Shown piece after piece: positions 56,953-64,000 of a DNA stretch of 64,000 bases; position 1 is the first letter of the stretch; each line of letters begins with the position of its first letter. The DNA is from an uncultured virus (IMG/VR IMGVR_UViG_3300010355_000162) (taxonomy: Duplodnaviria > Heunggongvirae > Uroviricota > Caudoviricetes). The DNA is taken from the IMG/VR virus record IMGVR_UViG_3300010355_000162; one strand, 5' to 3'. Under the pieces are notes generated by a model, which saw nothing but the letters and a program-made list of their open reading frames with translations, made no database searches and was not told the DNA's origin. The position numbers and the translations under genes are program-made.

Positions 56953-57497
56953 TGCTGGGTCCACACTACGTTGAACGCAGAGTTGCCCTCAGCCTCGATA
57001 CTCATAGCCGAAAGCGCTTCTGCGATGTTAGAGCTGTCCTGTGCAACGCTCCACGTCTTCGTCTCACCTTGCGTGAGGAAGAGGCGGTTCGCAGAACCTG
57101 CGCCGGGGAAGTCGACGCGGACACGGTTTGCGCCGCCCGGAGTTGCGTCGGCTCGTAGGACGGTGACGGTGACGCTCTGCACGTAACCGAACGTATTACC
57201 TACCCACGTAGTGCCGTTGCTATCGGGATCATACGCAGCGGCCAGCGTGCCTGATGCGTAGTTCGCGCCGAGGGGCCACACAGTACCGACTGTTGGCTTG
57301 CATAGACCCGGAGTAACCGTTTCACCGGCACCGAGTGTGATCGGGATGTTCGCTGCATCGGTGTAACGCGTTGCGAACACGTACGCTTGACCGCTGGCGT
57401 TCGTGCGGTACTCCGTGTGGATCAACACCGGACCCAACGGGTTACCGGATGGGTCTACACGGCAACCTAAAACTGCGCTAAGTTGATTACATTTCAT
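56949..57497 (-). CDS. Cys-containing fibre-cluster protein, paralog of 57573-58574
   Basis: H.EYRT...G......TR.TDA...P module. Confidence 0.75.
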   Translation of the reverse strand: MKCNQLSAVLGCRVDPSGNPLGPVLIHTEYRTNASGQAYVFATRYTDAANIPITLGAGETVTPGLCKPTVGTVWPLGANYASGTLAAAYDPDSNGTTWVGNTFGYVQSVTVTVLRADATPGGANRVRVDFPGAGSANRLFLTQGETKTWSVAQDSSNIAEALSAMSIEAEGNSAFNVVWTQQ

Positions 57498-57545
57498 CGC
57501 GAAAATCCCTGTGAATTCGTGTGGCGCAGTACGCCGGTTTTACCC

Positions 57546-57575
57546 ATTGTACTGCGCGTCTAGGCTATCGGACTA
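57546..57575 (-). promoter_or_regulatory. Late-class promoter candidate (18-nt spacer)
   Basis: TAGTCC-GATAG(N13)-TACAAT; -10 partly within a 9-bp stem (57524-57557). Confidence 0.5.
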
Positions 57576-58574
57576 GCCCCAAGTTGCCACTACGCCGATC
57601 GGCGCTGCTACGTCGCAATCCTGATTGCATTTGCCGACGGTGCCGGTCGGGGTGTAAGGAGTAACGAGGTCGTTTGCGAAGTCGCCCGTTGTCGTGGTCG
57701 GCGCGCCCGCGGCGTCGAACAACGTAACCGTGCGTCGAACGAACTCCGTCACTACACCCGCCGCGCTAACGTCGCACAGTGGGATGAACTCCACGTCGGC
57801 TGGAACCACAGCGGCGGCAGGGCATGCGCCTTCTGCGAGCGTCAGCGGATCAACAGTAGCGGTCACGTCAATGCCGTCCAGTGTGTTCACGCGAACCAAC
57901 GCCCCGGTGACCGCCGAGTACCACGCCTTGCCTTCGGTGCAGCCTGTAGCACTAGCAGCAGGAGAAGTAGCACCGACGAACGGAGTGACGGCGGGCAGCT
58001 TGTTGCTGTACTGCCCTGCGCCTGTCGGTCCGGCCCAAAATGTGTAGCTGCCGGGGGTAAGTGAAGGGTCAAACAGAACAACCGGTTGGTTCGTTGCTGG
58101 GTCTTCAGCGGCTACGATGCTTCCTGCGGGAAGCCCGAGTGCCGCCAACACCGCGTCAATGCCAGTCTGCGCGCTAGCCCACGGCAGGTCTGGTGTTGTG
58201 CCTGCGAACGGCAAACCATCCATTCCGTACACGTTGCCGCCGACCTCGATTGCGTGCAAGAAGAAGTCTGCCACGACGCTAGAGCCAGGGAAGTCGGCAG
58301 CGATGTTCGGGAAGTTCGGGAACTGGAACGCGCCCAAAGGCGTGCCCCAGTGTACAGGGTTCGCTACGAGCGTATCCGGCACGCAGGCACCGGGTTTCAC
58401 GTTCGCTGGGTTCACGGTCACGGGTACGCCGTTAGCATCCGTGAAGCGCGTTGCGTGCAGGGTACGTGCCCCGTTCGCTGCGGTGCGGTACTCGTTGTGA
58501 ACGAACACCTGCGTAGGTATCCCTGCGTTATTCCAACACGCGAGGGATAAGGTCATATCAGAGCACTTACTCAT
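57573..58574 (-). CDS. Cys-containing fibre-cluster protein
   Basis: 333 aa; C-terminus C..A.P.GV..TWG shared with 58591-59367. Confidence 0.75.
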   Translation of the reverse strand: MSKCSDMTLSLACWNNAGIPTQVFVHNEYRTAANGARTLHATRFTDANGVPVTVNPANVKPGACVPDTLVANPVHWGTPLGAFQFPNFPNIAADFPGSSVVADFFLHAIEVGGNVYGMDGLPFAGTTPDLPWASAQTGIDAVLAALGLPAGSIVAAEDPATNQPVVLFDPSLTPGSYTFWAGPTGAGQYSNKLPAVTPFVGATSPAASATGCTEGKAWYSAVTGALVRVNTLDGIDVTATVDPLTLAEGACPAAAVVPADVEFIPLCDVSAAGVVTEFVRRTVTLFDAAGAPTTTTGDFANDLVTPYTPTGTVGKCNQDCDVAAPIGVVATWG

Positions 58575-58590
58575 CTTCTTTCTCCGTTAG

Positions 58591-59367
58591 TTACACGCCC
58601 CAAGTCGAAATAACTCCGACAGGGGTAGCTGGTTCACATTGAGCTGGCAAACACTCGCCGAAGGTCATCCCAACTGGCGGTGTCCCCCAAGCTCCTGTGA
58701 TTGGGTCTTGCCACAACGAGCCGAGTACGGTCGGCACAGGTGAGGCGTTGTCTGCGATTACCTGCATGCCGTTGATCGGTTGCCCGTTCAAGCAGCCGCG
58801 TACGAGTACGACTTCGATACTGTCGTCGTCGGGTTGGAACAGTGGGCCGGTAGGTTCCGCTGCATTCGTTACGGTGTTCCAACGCGACAGTTCGGCTGGC
58901 GGTACAACGGTCACGTCGTACTGCACTATGACTGCCTCGTGCGCGGCGTTGACCAACGTCACGACTTCGCGGTCAGCTGCTGGCGTGCCGGTCGAGCAAA
59001 GGACTACCTTCTGTACGAAATCAGGGTGCGGGATCGACTGCACGATGCTGTTCGCTGTGGCTGGTACGAGCGCGTCCGCACAGGTGCGGCCTTGCACCGG
59101 CACCGTCGAGCCGTTTGATGTACCGCAATCGAACGGCAGGTTCTCGCCAGTACCACACGGTACCTCGTCTGCCATTGTGTATCCGACGAGCGGGTTGTAC
59201 GCGGGATCAAGCGCCGAGTAGGTCACTACACGAGTGCATCCAACGGCTGTGGTAGTAATCGTGCGCACTGCGCGAATCTTGGAGCATCCTGCGGGCAGGA
59301 GCTTCAAGCAGACTGCGGTCGCCTCGACCGAGTCCACGCACAGCGGTTTATTTGAGCATCCGTTCAT
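58591..59367 (-). CDS. Cys-rich fibre-cluster protein
   Basis: 258 aa; ends CEPATPVGVISTWGV. Confidence 0.75.
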   Translation of the reverse strand: MNGCSNKPLCVDSVEATAVCLKLLPAGCSKIRAVRTITTTAVGCTRVVTYSALDPAYNPLVGYTMADEVPCGTGENLPFDCGTSNGSTVPVQGRTCADALVPATANSIVQSIPHPDFVQKVVLCSTGTPAADREVVTLVNAAHEAVIVQYDVTVVPPAELSRWNTVTNAAEPTGPLFQPDDDSIEVVLVRGCLNGQPINGMQVIADNASPVPTVLGSLWQDPITGAWGTPPVGMTFGECLPAQCEPATPVGVISTWGV

Positions 59368-59634
59368 CTAGGCACCTGCAAATTCTGGGAATTGATACGC
59401 AGCGAAAGCAGTGAGCCCTGCACTCACCAACTCGTCATACACAACGCGGCGTTGTTTGCGGTCTACGTCTGCGAGCTTGCCGAAACGCACGGGTTCACCG
59501 AGTCGGTATAACCCGGCTCCCGCACCTTCGACGAACACTTGAACTGCTGGACGACCTTCCACCAGCACTGCGCGACGCAGAGCTGATGGGGCCGGTGCTG
59601 GTGCGCCGGCGGCGCATGCGGTACACGTTGTCAT
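59368..59634 (-). CDS. Small protein with N-terminal CxxC
   Basis: 88 aa MTTCTAC... Confidence 0.65.
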   Translation of the reverse strand: MTTCTACAAGAPAPAPSALRRAVLVEGRPAVQVFVEGAGAGLYRLGEPVRFGKLADVDRKQRRVVYDELVSAGLTAFAAYQFPEFAGA

Positions 59635-59636
59635 GT

Positions 59637-62600
59637 TTATACCTGTGTGTAGACTTCAGTGAATCGGCAGTCGGTACCCGGCAGGCCGGTCAAGCACTGT
59701 GGGTTGTACGCGCCGTTAGCGATGTCGGCACAGAACAAGCCGCCCGCGCCGCCCGATGGGTCGCTGTACGATCCAGCCGGTGAGTGACCCCACACGACGA
59801 CGGTGTACTGGTCGCCAGGGATGTTCGGTACGAACCACGAATTCGTGTAGACGCCCAGTGTCGCGCCGACCAGCGAGCCCGGTACTGGGTCCCATGTACT
59901 CGTGCCGGTGTTCCACTTGTACAACTCCCAGAACCCGAGGATTCCGTCACCAAGGTTATCGGTAGCGAAGTTACACATGTTCGGACCAGCGTTGAACTCC
60001 GTGCCAGCGGTGCCGATGATGATGCCGGTGCCGCCAGTGATGTTCACCGTCAAGCAGCACGGACCTGCGTAGGCCGGTGGCACACAGAAGACGCCGCCGT
60101 TACCGATCGTGATGTTCTTGTTCGCGCAACCCGCGGTCTTTGCGATCAACTGCATCACTTCGGAGCCGACGACTGGGATCGGACCAGTAATGGTGACGAC
60201 CGTGGTGCCGTTGGCGCTGATAGTCAGCGGCGTTACGCCGTTCAGCAAAACGGTGCCGTTGAATCGCTCTTCGATCGTAATCGTCTGGCCGGGACACAGT
60301 CCACTGACCGTTACGTCCATCACGTTACAGTCGGGGTTCGACGTGTTGTGTGGGGTACGCGCTGCGGCGGTGATAGTGAACGCGCACGGATCACACGCTG
60401 CGGTTGCAGTGTGCGTCACGATCGCCGACGTATTGTTACCGAGCACAGGATCGGTCACGCCTACGGGCGCTGCGACCGTTGCTTGGTTGTTGTACGCACC
60501 GGCAGTAGCAACGGTGCCGGTAACCGCGAACGATGCGCTGCCGCCGTTAGGCAACGTGGTGATCGCGTAGCCGCCTGCAAGGTCGAGCGCCGTAGGCGTA
60601 CCGCCTGCTGCACCGCTGCCGTACGTAGCGACGATGCCTGTGACGGTGAAGCCCGCAGGTAGCGAGTCGGTCACGATTGCGCCATCAGCTGCGCTCGGTC
60701 CCGTGTTCGACACCGTGACGGTGTATGTGAACGGGGTACCTGCGACGCCCGTCAACGGCAGTACGGTCTTCGTTACCGAAAGGTTCGCTTGGAGCGTAGC
60801 CGTGTGTGGGGCCGATGCCGAGTTGTTGCCCGGTACTGGGTCCGGGACGCCGCCCGGTGAAGTGATCGTGGCCGTGTTGTTGTACGAACCCGCGCCGCCA
60901 CCCGAGTAATCACCGAGGATCGTGAGGACGACAGAGCCGCCAGCAGGGAACGTGGTGATCGGATGACCTGCGGCCAGCATCACGTCGTCCGGCAGGGCCG
61001 TAACAGCGCCGCCGAACTGATTCTTCAGGATGCTGTCGACTACGAAGCCAGCGGGCAGCACGTCAGTGATGATCGCACCGTCAGCCGCGTCTGGTCCGTT
61101 GTTCGTGATGGTTACCGTGTACTCGATCTGCTGGCCTACGAGCGCCGACGACTGGTCTACAGTCTTCGTGATCGCCAAGTCCGCGCTGAGCGTAACCACC
61201 GATGCGGTATGAGTCACGACAGCCGACGTGTTGTTCGCGAGTACAGGATCAATCACCGAGGCGGGTGGCTGCACGGATGCTTGGTTGTTGTACGCGCCTG
61301 CGGCGGCTACGGTACCCGTGATGGTGTACACGCACTCGCCGAGCGCCGGGAGCGTTGGGATGACGAAGCCGCCACTGAGCGCGGCGGCAGACGGGATAAC
61401 AGACGACGCGCCGCCAGTGAAGCTAGCTGCGACGTTAGACACGCTGAAGCCCGCGGGAAGAACGTCCGTCAATACGGTGTTGTCCGCTGCGTCAGGACCG
61501 GCGTTGTAGACCGTGATGACGAAATCGAACGGGGTACCGGGCGTGCCAGTCAAAGCGGACACCGATTTGGTTACGCTCACGTCGGCTGTCAGCGCAGTGG
61601 CACACAGGCCGACAGCGTCGCACACTGCGATGCGTACGCACGAGCCGTCAGCACGGCGTGCAACGATCGTGTCGCTTGCGCTTGCTGCTTCAATGCTCAA
61701 TGCGCCGATGCTGTCGCAGAGCGAAGGTGCCGGTGCGACGTATAAACCATCCGGGTTGACCATCACTGCGTTACCTGCGGTAGCGCTGATCTTCACTGCG
61801 GCTTGCAACGTATGGTTGTCGGTGCCGCTGGCGGTCAAGTCGACCGTAGGCGTGTCGTTCGCGACCAACGGAGTCTGCGCGGGAACCACTACCGGGGCTA
61901 CGTACAGGCCATCGGCGTTCACGCTGATTGCGTTACCTGCGGTCGCGCTCACCTTCACATCGGCTTGCAGCGTGTGGTTGTCGATACCGCTGGCGGTCAG
62001 GTCGACCGTAGCTGTATCGTTCGCGACCAGCGGAGTCTGCACACTGACCGGAGCCGCAGGTACGTACAGACCGTCTGCGTTCACTGCAAGCGTGTTGCCT
62101 GCGGTCGCACTCACCTTTACGTCGGCTTGCAATGTGTGGTTGTCCGTACCGCTAGCAGTCAAGTCAACCGTCGCCGTGTCGTTCGCAACCAAGGGGGTCT
62201 GAGCTGGTACTGCTGGGATCGTGATGACTGTTGCTGCTGAACCGTCACCAGGAGTGAACGTCCACTGGTTCACGCCGGACGCTACAAGCGTCGCGACCTG
62301 TGGAATGTTGCCTGCCTGGGTGCCGGAGTTCCAGCTGAACGGCGCAGCGTTGTTCGTCAGGGCTGCCGCTGGGTGCTGGGTCACGCACGCGTTAACCGCG
62401 TTGCAGAATCCGACCGCGTCAAACGCGTAGACGACTTCGTTCTCACCGTTGGCCGAGGCTGTCAACCATGCAGGCTGAGTGCCGGTAACCGTCTGATCAG
62501 GGTAGGCCGCAAGCACTGCTGCGTCGAACCCGGCTTGACTGAACGAGAACGTGATGATGTCGTCGCCAGCGCCTGTAGCGCCGAGCCACGAAGGCAGCGT

Positions 62601-63188
62601 TCCGAGGACCTGCTGCAAGGTCAACGGGGTTTGGGCTGGGATGCACGAGTTCACCGCTGCGCAGAACGCCGCTGCGTTGAACACGCCGATGTAACCGTCG
62701 CGTCCAGAAGGCGCGATAGTCAGGAACGAAGACAGCGCAACCGGCGCTGTACCACCGTTAAACAAGTGGAGTGGTGGGTTGTCCGCAACGCACTCTTCGC
62801 AGCATTTGTCTGCGCTCTCGGCTTCCGCAACGACGTACGGTACGCCTTCGGTGGCGGTGGAGTTGAACACCAACCAGCCGGGGCCGCAGATCGTTACGAC
62901 TGGCTTCTCCGACGTGATGACCAACGGGGCACCGCAGCGCATGAATGGGACGGACAGGCCGCTGCCACAGTCTGCGCCGTCCTCAAGGTGTACGGAAATC
63001 TCGGTGCCTACTGGCAACGTATACGCCGTCAGCTTTAGGCATGCGCCGGACTCAAGCCGGGTGCGCACGGTCTTGCCGCTAGACGGGCCGAATAGTGGGC
63101 CGGTGATACCGCATACAACTTCAGCGGTAGGGCAGCAACCGTTACCGTCGACGCGGGTCACTTGGTTGGTGGAAGGGCGCTTAGCCAT
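59637..63188 (-). CDS. Large fibre/adhesin with three DUF11 domains and three DGLYV repeats
   Basis: A(D/N)(L/V).(V/I)TK...N.GP.AAD...TD.LP...DPV..NN x3; QTPLVANDT.TVDLTASG.DNHTLQA...DGLYV x3; about 30 Cys. Confidence 0.85.
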   Translation of the reverse strand: MAKRPSTNQVTRVDGNGCCPTAEVVCGITGPLFGPSSGKTVRTRLESGACLKLTAYTLPVGTEISVHLEDGADCGSGLSVPFMRCGAPLVITSEKPVVTICGPGWLVFNSTATEGVPYVVAEAESADKCCEECVADNPPLHLFNGGTAPVALSSFLTIAPSGRDGYIGVFNAAAFCAAVNSCIPAQTPLTLQQVLGTLPSWLGATGAGDDIITFSFSQAGFDAAVLAAYPDQTVTGTQPAWLTASANGENEVVYAFDAVGFCNAVNACVTQHPAAALTNNAAPFSWNSGTQAGNIPQVATLVASGVNQWTFTPGDGSAATVITIPAVPAQTPLVANDTATVDLTASGTDNHTLQADVKVSATAGNTLAVNADGLYVPAAPVSVQTPLVANDTATVDLTASGIDNHTLQADVKVSATAGNAISVNADGLYVAPVVVPAQTPLVANDTPTVDLTASGTDNHTLQAAVKISATAGNAVMVNPDGLYVAPAPSLCDSIGALSIEAASASDTIVARRADGSCVRIAVCDAVGLCATALTADVSVTKSVSALTGTPGTPFDFVITVYNAGPDAADNTVLTDVLPAGFSVSNVAASFTGGASSVIPSAAALSGGFVIPTLPALGECVYTITGTVAAAGAYNNQASVQPPASVIDPVLANNTSAVVTHTASVVTLSADLAITKTVDQSSALVGQQIEYTVTITNNGPDAADGAIITDVLPAGFVVDSILKNQFGGAVTALPDDVMLAAGHPITTFPAGGSVVLTILGDYSGGGAGSYNNTATITSPGGVPDPVPGNNSASAPHTATLQANLSVTKTVLPLTGVAGTPFTYTVTVSNTGPSAADGAIVTDSLPAGFTVTGIVATYGSGAAGGTPTALDLAGGYAITTLPNGGSASFAVTGTVATAGAYNNQATVAAPVGVTDPVLGNNTSAIVTHTATAACDPCAFTITAAARTPHNTSNPDCNVMDVTVSGLCPGQTITIEERFNGTVLLNGVTPLTISANGTTVVTITGPIPVVGSEVMQLIAKTAGCANKNITIGNGGVFCVPPAYAGPCCLTVNITGGTGIIIGTAGTEFNAGPNMCNFATDNLGDGILGFWELYKWNTGTSTWDPVPGSLVGATLGVYTNSWFVPNIPGDQYTVVVWGHSPAGSYSDPSGGAGGLFCADIANGAYNPQCLTGLPGTDCRFTEVYTQV

Positions 63189-63189
63189 G

Positions 63190-63477
63190 TTAGATTGCTC
63201 CGAATCGGTTGACTTGGTTTTCGATGTTCCCCAGCAGGATACGCATCGCGGTGTCGCGATCCGTGTTACCTACCGGAGTCGACATGAAGGGCTCGCTGTT
63301 GAACAGGGTCTTGCGCTGCCGTGCACGGCTGATGCCGTTGCCGGTGTACCATTGCTTGATACCAGCGCCGAACGTGACCTGGGTTTGCGCCGGTTCATCG
63401 GCGGATACCGTGCCAGCACCGTAAACAAGGTCGAAGACCGTGTTTCCTACCTTTAGCGTACGTCCGTCGAGATTCAT
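63190..63477 (-). CDS. Hypothetical protein
   Basis: 95 aa. Confidence 0.7.
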   Translation of the reverse strand: MNLDGRTLKVGNTVFDLVYGAGTVSADEPAQTQVTFGAGIKQWYTGNGISRARQRKTLFNSEPFMSTPVGNTDRDTAMRILLGNIENQVNRFGAI

Positions 63478-63506
63478 GGCGCTTGTTAGATCACTAATAA
63501 AGCGCC

Positions 63507-63536
63507 ATTGTCGCGAGGTGCCGACCTATCTGTCAA
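63507..63536 (-). promoter_or_regulatory. Late-class promoter (18-nt spacer)
   Basis: TTGACA-GATAG(N13)-GACAAT. Confidence 0.7.
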
Positions 63537-64000
63537 CCTGCCGGTAGGCGGTTCCTGGCGTCTTGACTCACTGGGACAGCACTGCGGCCATCCAGCGCTG
63601 GGGGTGTGACCGCGGGCGTCGGAGAGCCGACGATACGGTTAATCGTCTCGCGATCCTGCGGGTCTTCGAGGTAGCGGGTGTCCGCGCCGCGATCCCGCAT
63701 GATGTTCTTGACCAACTCAGCCACGAAACGCCCGTCGAGCTGCTGCCCGGACTCACGCAACGCACCGATAACCGCAGGCAGATACTGCAACAATTCGACC
63801 TGATGGGCCTTCTGTGCGTCCTGCGAGGCCACGCTCGTGAGCCCTTTGAGATCGACCGAGGCGTCAGCCTTGATACTCTCGTCCGGGTTGTACAGCATGT
63901 GGTAAACCCACAGGTCGCGGAACATCGGTAGGAAGCACTGCATATCCGCAGACACGGCGCGGTAGTTGATGACCTTCGTACTGTTGCCTTGTACGGTGTC
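63533..64000 (-). CDS. Portal protein, C-terminal part (putative)
   Basis: Frame open to window end; QGNSTKVI...M.Y..D.SIKAD.....G......Q..LLQ pattern; position upstream of head genes. Confidence 0.7.
   Translation of the reverse strand, partial: DTVQGNSTKVINYRAVSADMQCFLPMFRDLWVYHMLYNPDESIKADASVDLKGLTSVASQDAQKAHQVELLQYLPAVIGALRESGQQLDGRFVAELVKNIMRDRGADTRYLEDPQDRETINRIVGSPTPAVTPPALDGRSAVPVSQDARNRLPAG

Noticed and set aside
58591..59634. In-frame TAG-ATG junction suggesting readthrough or amber recoding
   Set aside because: Long genes show no internal TAG interruptions; simple abutting genes explain it
30877..63188. Diversity-generating retroelement targeting fibre genes
   Set aside because: No reverse transcriptase and no template/variable repeat pair with A-specific mismatches seen; the gap is too small for a typical RT if its size is accurate
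14115..63931. Many long antisense and alternate-frame ORFs
   Set aside because: Expected shadows of high-GC codon bias; only the Rz1-like lipoprotein has independent support

Overview
The whole window is a tailed dsDNA bacteriophage genome segment with podovirus-like architecture and one 720-nt assembly gap (27437-28156). The + strand carries early genes (about 1.2-14 kb) with sigma70-type promoters and many small paralogous ORFs, including two SAM-lyase-like ORFs, a ParB-like protein and an RNAP alpha-CTD-like protein. A replication and nucleotide block follows: family A DNA polymerase, Ntn-hydrolase, PD-(D/E)XK nuclease, VRR-NUC, SNF2 helicase, SSB-like protein, primase-helicase, class II RNR and a DHH phosphoesterase. 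A bidirectional terminator at about 29.2 kb separates this from the convergent - strand late block: portal 3' end, a cluster of Cys-rich/DUF11 fibre-like genes, scaffold, major capsid, adaptor/nozzle, ejection proteins (including a ~2590-aa polyvalent protein), Ig-like tail proteins and a holin/SLT/spanin lysis cassette. No tRNA, rRNA, CRISPR array, integrase or reverse transcriptase is recognisable. The strongest signal is a cysteine partition: external virion proteins are very Cys-rich, while the scaffold and three ejection proteins have no Cys at all. Within this late block lies a 98-aa membrane protein with a DsbB-like CxxC-x3-R motif but no preceding TM helix, which suggests (inference) a phage-encoded disulfide-formation system for virion assembly. 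Other notable items are an inverted 21-bp iteron/IHF locus, two promoter classes with distinct spacer signatures, and a repeat-bounded peptidase cassette inside the giant protein. All family assignments are from motif recognition by eye; no database search was run.
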